Under the pieces are notes generated by a model that saw only the letters and a list, made by a program, of their open reading frames with translations, made no database searches and was not told the DNA's origin. A stretch of 64,000 nucleotides of DNA from Mizuhopecten yessoensis (lineage: Eukaryota), in assembly GCF_002113885.1 (NCBI RefSeq), contig NW_018407853.1, forward strand, positions 1,207,113 through 1,271,112, written 5' to 3'. A program made the position numbers and the translations under genes. This document shows, in pieces, positions 46,996-60,070 of the stretch (position 1 is its first letter; every line of letters starts with the position of its first letter).

Positions 46996-49900
46996 CAGAG
47001 CTGCTGTTTGTGTAGCATTGAATCTGACAAAAATATGTGATAGTTTTACCCGAAGTTGTCCTATATATAAAGCTATTTTAATTCCTGTTTTGAGGTCCAA
47101 CACAGGTTGCCCCTAGTCAAAGAATTTTATTTCCTGTGGTTGTTGCTTAATTAAATTGGAAATTGACAGGGAATGGTACTATGGAATAATCAACACATGT
47201 GTGAAATCGAATTTTAACGGCTGACTGAATTTTAAAGGATTGCTGTACCTTTAAATCAGGTTAAGAATTGCCAACCAATTGCCATGTTTGATCAACATAT
47301 GGATAAATTTTCCTTAACGCTTACATTAAATATGTACCGGTAGTACATGTATTGAGGTACAACCTAAACAGCTGAACCCTATATAGACGTTAAAACCCAG
47401 CTGTCTCACTATACCTACAATAGTTGTATTTGGTAACGAAAGCTTTGAACATTACATATACGCTGGTAATGATTGTATATAGCCTTAAGTCACAGCTTAA
47501 ATCGTGGCTGAGTGTGATCAAATTCTTACTTTGACCACACTCTACAGTACTTTTTGTATTTCTCTTCAATATAAAAAACAACACAAATACATAACAAAGT
47601 GTATCAATTTTAAATTTTACCAGTGAAATATTGGCAATTATTCATCAAATGATGAGAAATATCAAAAGGATTGAAATTTTTCACAAGTGACAAATTATCG
47701 TTAAATGATACTTTCTCAGATTTCAACCAATGAAAGTACAAAAAGCAAAAGCATGAATATACATTTACTTCTCAGAAAGTTTGAAATGCATGTGTTCGGC
47801 TTTGTCCTTGATTTTTTATATAAATGAAGTTTGTGAGACGGACCTTGGGCCAGGGGCATGTGGTATAAAGTGAACCAAAATAATACAATTTTATTTTTAA
47901 ACTTGTTTCTGAGCTGAACGATGCAGACTGCTACCTTATTTTGTCTGAAACACTAATTTCCTGAGGCCAGAAGGGTAGGGTCAAAAATGTGAATCAAGGG
48001 TGTTTTTGCTTCATAATCTTACACCAGGGGATTCATGTACATGTAGTTGGCATGAAAGGTTGAATACACTATGCTAACATGTACCATAGTATTGGCCTGG
48101 GGATTTTGCAAACAGTTTGAAACTCTCACCTTATAACCATATAAACAGTTGTTGGATTTGAGAGAGATGCATACATTTATCTTAACAGGATTGTCCTGGG
48201 TGTCCAATGTTATCCGCACCCTAATGATTAACTCCCTGGGTCGTAACATGGAAACACTTGAGATTCCCACCCTATAACTATATACACAATTGCTAGGCAT
48301 GAAGAGAAAGAGAAAACTTTGTTCATGCGACCACTATTGGCTCTGATATCCAGCCCCACCCCTGGATACTTACTCTCTTGGTCATTACATAGAAACAGTT
48401 GAAATCCCTCTTTCCTATAACAATTATATATAATTAGGCTTGAAGAAGAAAATACATTAAGGTAATAGGATTGTGTCGCCATTTCCCAGTAGAATTTCTT
48501 CAAATTTTGTAGTTATATTGCTTTGAAGTAAAGAACATTTTCTGCCACAAAAAAAATATAGGTTGTCAGAATTTTGTAAGGATTTTAAATGGAAATTTAT
48601 GTAAAAAGGAGTGAATTTTGAAAAATATATGAAACACACAATAATTGCAAAATAATGTCAATAAAAATGATACTGACATAGATTAGTATTGCATTAATGT
48701 ATATCAATTTCATAAATGCTAAAATTGTGTAAAATTAATTATCTATAAACGATTAAAAATTGGCATTTTATATAAAACGATATACACATAGTAATTGCAT
48801 GTAAGAGTTATCGTTCTTGAAAAACTTCACAGTAGTGAAATAGGTAGCCGGTTTCCTGAAGTACAGAAAAATGGACACATATGTGACTCATTGATTAAAA
48901 AACAACTGAATTAATGCCTGGATTGCTTTCAAATACTTTTATATTGAAAGAACACACTGTTCTGTCAATAATTAAACATACAATATTCATCAGTTTAATA
49001 TTAAACATTAGAATATGCGGAAATTGTGATACTGTCTCCCTACATTGGATTTTCAACTAGGGATGTACTCCTATTTCCGTTTATCAATACACTCCTATGA
49101 CCTTAATGCTACCATGACTCAGCAGGGGTCTGGCCTTGCCCCTGAGCACTTACTCCCTGGTTCATAACACGGAAACTATTAGGTACCCTACCTGTACTCT
49201 CTCAGAAATAAACACCTGCACTCTTGCCATGACTCATCAAATAATACTTTTGAAAAGAATATATTGCTCAAATGCTTAAACATACCGGCAGTTTAGGCCA
49301 CTTGTTTTGCTGTTTCTTACATGTATATGTATATTTTCTTCATTTTCTTAGAAAAAAAATCTATAAAGTATAAAAAAATCTATAATAATCAGTATGAAAA
49401 TAAACGTGTTAGATATTTAAAAATTATGATCCACTCTACAAAAACTTGAAATAAAATAAAATGTTGAAGGTACTCTAGACTTGCAGTTTGTATATCTCAC
49501 TGAATTCATTGACAATGTATTTTACCCACAATTTAAAATGTCGGCCAGGTGTCAACAAGCTGTGTTGAGTTTCATTATACCTTGCAGTTGTTCTTGAAAC
49601 TGTTTTCTTTCCAGCAAAAGTCAAGAAGTTTAAATTCAGTCACCTGATAATGATATAGGTATAATATTCTATGTGTATAATCACATCGTACCCTAAGTAT
49701 TACTATAGAGGGGGTAGGTAGATCTAGATTTGTCTATTACAGGTTATGTAAAGCCTGCATTCAAAATCATATGTAAAGTATATAAACCCAGTCTATACAT
49801 GACTGCCTATACAAACATTTCTGAAGTTACACACTATATAAATAATCAATAATAAAATTTCTTTCTTTGAACTGAAAGATTCTAAATTGAAATATCAATA

Positions 49901-50820
49901 CTTGGTTGAATAATGTTTTCTTTCGTTTCCCTTTGTAAGTACATATGTATTAGCTGTTCGTTACTACACAATTATGCATACATGTATGTGCTGAAGAAAG
50001 TTCTCTGTATATTTATCATGTCAATACATATATTGAATCAATATTTGACTAATGAATGTGTTTGATGGTAACGGCAGTCCTTGCAATTTGAATGAATTTT
50101 TAATGTTTAACAGCTAAATACATAAAATACAAGCCATGCCACCAGCAAGGTAAACACATCACCTACACAGCTGTCATAACCTTATATATATATATCAGCA
50201 TTTACTTTAAATGTTCATTTTATAGATGTGTGAACACACCAAATGAAAAAAAAAAATGACCCTTTAGTAATTCAGAGATTATTAAAACTTGATTATTCTG
50301 AGTTTTAAAAATTGCAAACCCTATACCTCTGATCATAATACTGTCACTGAATTGACTTTCATCAGAAAGGGGATTAATTTATTACAAACTATTGGGATAT
50401 CAGAGTGAGGTAACAGACTGCCAAGATGAGATAGGATTGGACTTTTAACAGATAATTGTAACACAGCATTTAATTATAATGTTTAAATTAATTCTTCTTA
50501 TCAGATAACATTATCAATCATATTCTATATTAATAACTTTGAAATTAGAGTTACCGTACTTGATAACAATGTAACGTCACATGTACAAGGTACCATGCAC
50601 TTTGAGGGTACTTTAGGGGCTGAAAATTGTTGTATCTTTGCCCTGGGGAAACCGGTCCGCATGCAATAAAAGTATTCCACCTATTTAACTTGTGAAGCTG
50701 GTTAATGTTGAGAACACTCCTACCTACGATGTTTGATCTAACCAACTGTGCTACCTGGTAGTAACGCTCTTGCTATGTTACGCTACAGTTACTAGTATAC
50801 ATATTGTATACCAAAACATA

Positions 50821-50864
50821 ATTAAGGGGAGGCCACTCACTGATTAAGGGGAGGCCACTCACTG
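50821..50864. repeat. Perfect 22-bp tandem duplication
   Basis: ATTAAGGGGAGGCCACTCACTG x2. Confidence 0.9.
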
Positions 50865-51409
50865 TACGTAGGTACGAAAACCTACAATAGAATTACATGT
50901 ATCTAGTGCAGTGGGACAGGGATCCTTACTTCCAAACAGACCATACAGAATTACTACTATGTTGTGTTACTGACATATTCAGTTTCATTTACAAGGTTTT
51001 GTTTTGTGAAAGAACTTTTGACAGTGGTTTTCCTTTTTTACCAAATTATATGACATTGTATGTTTAACCAGAACAGACTTTTAAGACATATCAAACTTAA
51101 TCAGTATATGTACATGTACAATACACGTACAGATATAAATCTGAATAGATTTTACCCTGTTTAAACAATAAATTTTATGGAATCTATCTTACTGATCTAA
51201 GCTTAACCATGCAGTAATTAAAGATATGCACACTGCTATAGGTAACAAAATACCTTCAATAGACCTCCTGGTATAAAAGATCTTTAAAAGTAATTGTATG
51301 GATACATGTTTAATTGAAAAGAAAAAAAGAGAAAGCGACATCAATAGTATATCCATAAATTTACATTTCAAGGACTTGAATAATTAAAGTAGGGAAAAGG
51401 TATGCCACA

Positions 51410-51740
51410 GTGCTAACACAAAATGACAAAGTATATATCACGTTGTCAACACACAAGGACAAAGCATACCACAATGTTAGCATAAATGGACAAAATATAC
51501 CACAATGTCAACATAAATGGACAAAATGTATCACAGGGTCAACATAAATAATGGACAAAATATACCACAATGTCAACATAAATGGACAAAATATACCACA
51601 ATGTCAACATAATGGACAAAATATACCATAATGTCAACATAAATAATGGACACAATATACCACAATGTCAACATAAATAATGAACAAAATATACCACGGT
51701 CAACATAAATGGACAAAATATACCATTATGTCAAGTTGTC
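51410..51740. repeat. ~31-bp minisatellite, ~10 copies
   Basis: Consensus TATACCACAATGTCAACATAAATGGACAAAA. Confidence 0.9.
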
Positions 51741-51956
51741 AACACACGTAAAGAAAACAAACTCAAAGTTGATACAGAAAGAAGACTACAATAGAAACTA
51801 AAAAAAACAACAAAAAATAGTCTAGAAACTTTATTTACATGTTTCGGTTAGGTATAAAAACCCAGAACTGTGTGGAACTAATTTAGAATTTGAATGTCCA
51901 GGTCATCTTTAACAGTCCGACTCCGGTTTATTGTTTTCTCTTGTTGTACATTTCAG

Positions 51957-52057
51957 TTGATGGGTGTCCAGGAGTTCAAGGACATGTACGGGGCCATAGA
52001 GGAGCATCATAGGGACCTAAAACTCGCCCACTTGACTGGGAAAGCTCGTGACCTCCT
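51957..52057 (+). CDS. Uncharacterized multi-exon protein, coding exon 2
   Basis: Pyrimidine tract + TTTCAG acceptor; LMGVQEFKDMYGAIEEHHRDLKLAHLTGKARDL; donor GTAAGT at 52058; phase 0 to 2. Confidence 0.8.
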
Positions 52058-54621
52058 GTAAGTTACTGATATGACCGCAATCATATCTACTGTTATTATT
52101 AATGCCCCCTGTTGAGGATGCTGTAGTCAAGAGGACCTGGCTTGGAAGTATTTAACCCACACTACAAGTATCCAACTACATTGTACTCCCTTACCCTGGT
52201 ATTACTGTAAATCACTTTATTTTTGTGGATATTTATTTTTGTGAATTTCCTTTATCTGACTTATTTGCAAGAACTAACCACAAAAAAAAAATCATTACCA
52301 GTAACTAAATTTTATATGTTCCATCCTTAAAAATGTATCTGAATAAATATCTAACTAAGATCAGTAGTGTTAAAGAGATGTCAGTTTTTTCCTGGGAGTA
52401 TCGATCTGGGGAGGTCTTTACATGGACAGGTCACTGTACATGTATTTACTATACCCATACAGTGTACTTTGGTCTGAATCAAAGATGAACATAAGCTGGA
52501 TGGAATTTAATGTAATGAGATATTCCCTTGTTATTGAAACTGCAAATAATTCCATGCTAGATATTAATACCACATTTCATAAGATATCAATACAGTATTT
52601 ATATAAAACAGAGATAATTAGGGTTTTAGAGCTTTAAAGATTGAACTTAACCCGACTGACAGAAGAAGTAGGATTGTAGCGCCAGACATTTTTGTGTAGC
52701 GTGATCTATCACAACCCTACTGATCACTGTGACAAATCCCACTCGTCTTATCATCTGTGATTTAATTCTCTTCATTTAAACAGTGTTTATCTCAGCACCT
52801 GACATCGAATTGGCACTGACTTATATTCTTATAGCAAAGATTGGTCAACTTCATTTTGGTTTACATGGAGTGGAATGTAATGATGTTGCATGTACAGTAA
52901 TCTGCCATGCACCCTGGGAACCCCCCACCCCCCACCCCAATAAAAGAAACCCAAAAAAACACTGAACTTTTACCTTTTTCCTGTGAAAATTTCAAGGTAA
53001 ACATGGACAATTTTTTTTATTTTTTATTTTTATTTTTTTAGTAGATTATAATTGATGTTGTTAAATTTTTAAGAAGGAAGATATCAATCTAATTATATAA
53101 AAATAAAATGCAAATTTAGGACTGAAGTTTTACCATGATATTTCTAGTTATTTCTTATATGATTTTTTACAATTTTTTTTTGTATTTTTTTTTTTAAAGA
53201 TTTGTAGATTTATAATATTATTTTTTCAATTTTGAGCCAAGCTTACCTGACATTTCATAGATCTGTGCCACAGCTGGAGTGATTTGGTATTCATTGATAA
53301 GAATGTTTGAGAGGGGTTGTGTACAACTCATGGTGATCCACTGGGGTGTTAAAGATCCTCTGACCCCTCTTTTTGGACTTGATCTAATTCCTATACACTG
53401 ATCTGGACTAGTCTATTACTCCCAGTAGTGGTGTAGGCTTTATTAGTTAATTTCTGGTCAGAAATGAACACTTAAGAAGCCAGCATATCTGTAACACCTG
53501 CATATTGCTATTTAAGCTACATGTATAGCTGACAAAAAATAATTATAAGGTAAATTCATAGTAAAAATTAAAAAAACCCATACATAACTGTGTTCCTAAG
53601 TACATGCATGTATTTCAAGACAAATAAAGCTAAATAAGGCCTTTCTAGGGAGTAGATTTGTTGCAGAAAAGTATTAACAGATATCATGACTGGAGGCATA
53701 GTGGAGAATCTCCCTGCTTTAAAATTAAGAGGTTTGGGGATTTTATTCTTAATGAGCAAATTTTTTTTCGCAAAAAAAATAATGTATCAAAAATATTTCT
53801 TTTGTATTTACATGTATAAGCAAACTTCGGTAAGAAAAATGCCAAATTGATTGGAATTACTGAATTTAGAGATACACCTCAGTGACCTGTATACAGTGTT
53901 GGAACTTTCTACCCTACGCAGTGATAAATGAAATTCCTGCCTACCGGTAATCAATGGCAGTGGAGAATTAGATTTCTCTGAGAGTGTCAGTAAGGATATA
54001 GACACTTGAAATAAATGTATTCCCCAGCAACTTGGGCACTGATCAATGTACTGCTACTTGATCAGCTGCTGGGGATTTCAATGTATTTACTAGTCTTATG
54101 GATTGATCATGAAGTGCTGTATTAATCATAGTGAAAATGTTAGATCTGTTTTAACAGGGGTACATATTTATTTAGATACATAAAAATGTATTTACCCAGG
54201 AATATACCTGTCTTTGATATACACTTGAACAATTTTAACATAAACTGGCATTAAAGACAAAAAGCGGATTTGACAACCATATGCAGATGATATGATAGAT
54301 TATATCCTGTGATGTTTTCTGTCTTTTCCCCCTTGACTTAACTTGTCAAAAACAGGCTTTGAAGACTTGAAAGAGAACAGAAAATGTGAAATAAAGCCAA
54401 AATACATGTAGGAAAAAAATAGATATATACATGCAACTTAAAAAAGTGTTATAACAAAAGTGTTGTTATCACATGTTAATTTCAGAAGGCTTTAAAGTAA
54501 GATTTATTATCTGTTGAGCACAGTAAAACATGTTTTAATGCATCAGAAATTGTGATGAGGTATTTTAATAGGGAAAAATATAGAAATACATTTTTGTTAT
54601 ATGTTGTTTATCATTTTGCAG

Positions 54622-54687
54622 GGAAAAAGCTGCTAGAGACACTAAGTTTTTCCATGTCCTGGTCAAAATGATGTCAGAAGTGAAACA
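54622..54687 (+). CDS. Uncharacterized multi-exon protein, coding exon 3
   Basis: TTTTGCAG acceptor; EKAARDTKFFHVLVKMMSEVK; donor GTAAGT at 54688; phase 2 to 2. Confidence 0.8.
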
Positions 54688-54881
54688 GTAAGTGTTTGTC
54701 CTCACAATTTTAAATGCTATTTATATTTTTCAGAATCATAATGCATATTAAAAATGAAAATCAGACCGAAGGGACATAACTCTTTCTGATTTGGTTGAAG
54801 AGATTTTCCTGTCATCTTAAACCATTGTTTTACTTTACAATACATTTACCAAAGAGGAACTAATAATTTCATAAATTTTAG

Positions 54882-54966
54882 GTTACGCACAGCAAAACAG
54901 AGGGAATCTCTACAGAAAGTCCATTCCTGGTTCATGGCAAATAGGCATACCCTATCATCCAGACCT
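54882..54966 (+). CDS. Uncharacterized multi-exon protein, coding exon 4
   Basis: TTTTAG acceptor; LRTAKQRESLQKVHSWFMANRHTLSSRP; donor GTAAGT at 54967; phase 2 to 0. Confidence 0.8.
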
Positions 54967-55714
54967 GTAAGTCAATTTTATACAATTTTATTGTATTTTT
55001 GGAGTACTCAGATACCATAAGTAGTGATTTAATTTCTTGATATTGATGCCTACATCTTGAAATTGTTTCAGAACCTTATTATCAATTTGTTTGCTAAAAT
55101 TAAATACAATGTTTTTTCTTTCTGTTTTTATAGGAGAAAATGCAATTAACTATAACAAGACTGTGATTGTTAGGGGCAGTGGCCACAATGATATCATTGT
55201 ATTTTTGTTGTCACAAAATCTTCCATATTTAGATAAATAGATACCTTAATTAAGTATGTAACTTGCTTTTTGCATTGAAAACTATTAAATTTCAGACATA
55301 TGTTTCCCAATTTGTTGATTTGGGTTTATCCCATGATGTATAACTCAGGGGGCACGTGAAGAAAAAATGATGTTTCAAGTAGGGATGTTCAGTTAGCATC
55401 CAATAATATTTGTTTTTAATTATTTTCAGTTTTTAAGAAAAAGATGTCTTTTGCTATTTTTCTTATCACAACAAAGCATTAAAAAGACACCTCTTTTATG
55501 AATGTATTTTTTATTTATTGTTATGATTTATGTTTATCATCAATGGTAACTGAAGTATTGGATTTTATATCCATTATGCCAGCATTAGTCTGAAGAAATT
55601 GTAGTAATTAATCTTATCTAAATGAAGTGAGTAAAATTCTGGGCTTCCTTAACATGCTTATGCTAATTTACATTAGTGAATAAATATCTAAGAACTTATT
55701 GTTTTTATTTTCAG

Positions 55715-56131
55715 CGCTTTGGTAAGTCCTTCCAGATGAAGGAAGCTGAAGATTTCAAACAGAAAATCATGAAAACTCCACGAAGTGCTCGACAGTCTTC
55801 AAAGGACAACAAAGACAAAGCGAAGCAGACTAAAGTCACACGACTGTCATCCGCTGACGGGATGCATCAGTTTTTTAGAACTGAAACCCCTTCTTCTAGG
55901 GCAGGAGGGTCCTCTATGCGGGGTCCTGTCATACACGACCTCCCGTCTAACAAAGACTACGTCAGTGAATACCTCTCCGCAAGCTTTTTCAATGGAAGTA
56001 CTGATTTTACTCAACAATTTGTGACAGACATGCCCCCAGCGACAAAAGTGGTGGTCAACCAGCTACCTCTGGACGCTATGGACGACATTCATGTCCTAAG
56101 TCCCACACTACTGGACAGACCGGAGTCTGAG
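55715..56131 (+). CDS. Uncharacterized multi-exon protein, coding exon 5
   Basis: TTTTCAG acceptor; 139 codons RFGKSFQMKEAEDF...LDRPESE within ORF 55676-56200; donor GTGAGT at 56132; phase 0 to 0. Confidence 0.85.
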
Positions 56132-57789
56132 GTGAGTGGATGGATAGGGAGTGAACAGAAAATGATATCCATAATTATATATGATAGTGTTGATAAATGA
56201 TGTGATATTCCGTTTAGGCAATGTGATTGATTTACATCTTTATTGGTTGTTAAATTGATCTTTGTTTTCCCGTTCAAGTCCTAAAATGATGCACACTTTG
56301 CATAATACTGCAAAGGTTTGGGAAGAGCGCACATGCATTTTTGGTCCTACCATTTTCATTTTGTTTCTGAAAGGTAACTGACTGCATGAAACCATGATAG
56401 TTCAATGTTACTTAAACTTGTATTTCTTCAGGGCTTAAGGACAGCTAGAACAACGAAATGGCAGAAATCAGAAACCATCATAATTTCTTGCTGTTTTCTC
56501 AGTTAAATCACATGTCTTGTTTAACCTAATTAAAAACATCCATAATTCTACATAAGATAAACTTGAATACCTAAAAGGTGGATTCCCTTGTTTTAGACCA
56601 AATGATTTCCCGCTATTGTAAGGAGACAAGTTTCACTCTGTATCAAATCTTTAATGAGTTTTATGAAGACAGAGTGTGTGGTGAAAGAAACAAGGTCATG
56701 GGTCAGGCCCAGTGGACCTTTTGTTGTATTACAATCAAAATTGACACTGCACTTGTCATCATAATGTCACATATGTTCTCTGTAGATTTTGTGTTATTTA
56801 AAAATAATAGGAAGAGCTGCTGTCAATGTTAAAGGTATTAACACAGTAGGGCTTCTGTTCATGTTCCTGTTAAACCGCTGGGAAGGTAAACAAGCCCTTT
56901 GACCAGCTTGTATTTTATGTAAATAGCCACCTTTGTGCTCTTTGTCGTCACTGTGAGATATGGCCCTGTTAAGATAAATTGGTAAGCTTGTATAACAAGT
57001 ACAAGGTAAAAGCATATTTGGCTGCTAAGAACATCTTAAACTGTGAGTTGTTAGGCTAGAATTATATAAGATTGGTCTCGCTGTGTGGTAATTTACGAAT
57101 CATTGTAGAGGTCGGCGACATTATTTTAGTCTGAGGCTCTGTGAGTTGTATCTGAAAAGGTCTTTAGGATTGCAGATCAATGCGAAGTAGCATTACAGTG
57201 CAGCCTGATTAATTGTGTAAGGTAAGTTAGGCTCTGTTCTGTCTACAGTACTGGTTCTCTGGTGCTGAGGAAATAACTTCGTCTCATCATTGGAATATTC
57301 ACTCACAAGAAGTGGAGGTGCCCCGATCGAGATATTTTATTCTGTATGAAAGTTTTTCTGAAAACATCAAATAGAAACTTAGATACCAGTGTGGTGTGTT
57401 TATAGATACAGTATGTAGTTGTGCTTTATTGATCGTAATAATGGATTTATTCAGGAGAGGTAGGTACAAAACACAGCAGCTTGACATATCTGTAGATCTC
57501 TTACAATGATTGGAAACTGGTTTTTGTGGATTGAAACAATACAATAGTGTTTCTAAAGATTTGTAATGTACATTATGTACAATCGTGATAAGACTTGACA
57601 GTATATTTTCAATGTTTCTGTACAGTATTAAAAAAAAGTCTTACTACCGTACATGTATAATGATTAACATTGGACCTGAAGTCCTGCTTTTGTGCTCTAG
57701 CTGGAGTTTGACTCGAGAAGTCTACTTAGCCATAGAAATAGTAACCAATAGGCTGGGATATAATTGTTCAATAGTCTTTATCATATTTG

Positions 57790-58490
57790 TTTTGCTCACC
57801 TGGTCCAACAGACCAGTGAGAATATGCTGTGGCTTGGCGTCCAATGTCTGTCTGTTTGTTGTCCGTCTGGCATCAATTTTTTACTTTCAACAACTTCTTA
57901 AAAGCCAAAAGACCAATAGTGATAACACATGTATCAGGCCAGTAGTAGCTGGGATCAAGGGCTATCAGATTGTTCAATGAATGACCTTGAGGTCACAGGT
58001 CACAGGTGTCAAATGTTTTAAAAAATTCAAATGACTTATTCTGAATAATGAAAATGCTTATGGTGATGCCATTTGGCCAGTAGAATGCTTGGATGATTGG
58101 CTCTCAAGTTTGTTCAATCAAATGACCTTCACGTTCAATCATATTCAAGGTCACAGGTGTCAAATGTGTTCAGAATTTACGCGACTTCTTCTAAATAACG
58201 AAAAGACCTAGGGTGATATTTGTCCTGTAGCATACTTAGATGGAGAACTGTCCAGTTTGTTCATGGAATGACCTTCACCCACCCATATCCAAGGTCACAG
58301 GGGTCAAATGTCTTGAAAACTTTGAAACACCTTCATTTTGATAACCAAGAGACTTACGGGAATGATTTGTGGCCCGACTGGAAAAGCATGCTCAGATGAG
58401 GGCTTTCAAATTCTTAACTGAATGATCCAATAATCAAACGCAGTAGCATGCTGGGATGAAGTTTTACCAAATTTTTTAAATGAAGAACCT
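57790..58490 (+). mobile_element. HINE-like element, left arm with degenerate ~130-bp internal repeats
   Basis: TTTGCTCACCTGGTCCAACAGACCAGTGAG hairpin start, TGTCTGTCTG tract, and repeated AAGGTCACAGG(T/G)GTCAAATG units. No right end seen. Confidence 0.65.
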
Positions 58491-59479
58491 TAACCTACTT
58501 TTCTCTGTCTGTCTTGCCTCAGTTAAACAATCATCTCTTAACTATAAGAAACTCCTTAATTCATTTTTTCTCTCACATTTTCCCTATGAGAAAACAGCTG
58601 AAATGAAGGTAAATTTCCTTAACATCAGTTTTCCCTTAACTCCTTTAATACTTTCCTTAGAAAAAAATGCAGGAAGTGTAGTAACATATTTGAAATTATT
58701 GTGTGGTATTAGCACGAAATATGTTTATAGCAAATGGCTTGATCGTATCGTAACACTCATAGAAAATTGTGTCTTTTTTCTATTAACTAAGGTTATTATT
58801 GCCGTTTGCTTTCCGAGATATCGATGCCATTATATGCTCTGGAGCTGAATACCACTGTTAACTCTGTTCTAAACCAAATATTGGCTAATGATGGATCAAT
58901 AGTTTGTACCACACCAATTTGTGACAGAAATACCTGTGCTATTTCATACCGTATATTGCTGGCTTGACATTTGTGGCTGTTACATTATCACAGCAAAGGA
59001 ACAAGCAAGATTTTTTTTTTTTTTTAAATTGTTACAACATGTTTATCGACTTTCGTTTGTAATAATGATAGATTTGGTAGTAAACCTGGCCGAGGTTCAG
59101 TTAATAACTTCTGGTGTTTTTTTAAACTTGATGAACTGTTCGATGTAATGAGAATATTTTTTAAACCACATTCACCTAGTAACATTGACTGAATGCAGAG
59201 TTTACATGGGACATTTAACAGGTCTATCTTTGAATAGAAAAGGTAAGAATATGTATTGTAGATATGGATCAGGATGGAAAGCTGCTTAACATGACTACTG
59301 AACAGTTGTTCCTACATCTACAGAAACTGTAGCTCATTGTTCGATAAATTAACATTTTTAGTATCTCATATCCTCAGTCAAGGGTGAGGTTTTAGACAAA
59401 ACCTTTTATCTCCACTTACCCAATGTAACACATGTAGACATATGATATAACTTTACCTTCTTTGAACATATGTCTTAAA

Positions 59480-59721
59480 TATAAACTTTATTTATTTTAT
59501 ACCAATTATGAAACAAGCTATTACAACATACAGGGTATATTAATCACTCTTGCTGGCCTTAATGTTAGAGTGTGATGGGTCTTAATGTGGGAGGAAACCG
59601 CAGTACCCGGAGAGATTTCTTGTTGTCAGACAGGTGACCCATACCTTTTCACTTCTGATCGGAGAATGAAACCCTGGCTGCATCGGTGAAAAGCAAGTGG
59701 GCTATCAACTGCTTCATCTGC
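59480..59721 (-). mobile_element. V-domain tRNA-SINE (degenerate)
   Basis: Minus strand has a tRNA-like head, V-domain core CTCTCCGGGTACTGCGGTTTCCTCCCACA (~59586-59614) and an AT-rich AATAAAG tail. Confidence 0.7.
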
Positions 59722-59801
59722 AAAAACTCCAAAAAGGCAACTTTGTTTAAACCATATTGAAATGTCTGTTATATATAATTTTTCTTTGTTATTCTCAACA
59801 G

Positions 59802-60053
59802 TTGCAACGTCTGGCGTCCCCACATGACCTTGACATTGCCGGTGATACGCCACGCCGTGAGTTAGATGATGCCTCAAACATCAGTCTCCATTACATTGAG
59901 AGTCTGATCAGTGAGAGTCACCGTGGTGTCAAAGACCAGGATGAAGAGGCTGTGAACAGGGATGCTGACGACATGGAGTATCCGGAGACAAGGCGGAAAT
60001 TGTCTCGTGCCCAGACTCCCTCTGCCAGTATCCGGCCAACCATCACTGACCGG
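59802..60053 (+). CDS. Uncharacterized multi-exon protein, coding exon 6
   Basis: TTCTCAACAG acceptor; 84 codons LQRLASPHDLDI...RPTITDR; donor GTATGA at 60054; phase 0 to 0. Confidence 0.82.
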
Positions 60054-60070
60054 GTATGAACAATCTGTAT

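Noticed and set aside
46449-47015. 188-aa His-rich ORF (HKSLTDHPSVV)n as an exon or nested gene
   Set aside because: It coincides with a 33-bp minisatellite. The flanking exons (43741 and 51957) already join in phase, and no convincing splice sites were seen.
55134-55170. Acceptor-like TTTTATAG suggesting an extra micro-exon
   Set aside because: No good donor follows, and the neighbouring exons already join in phase 0.
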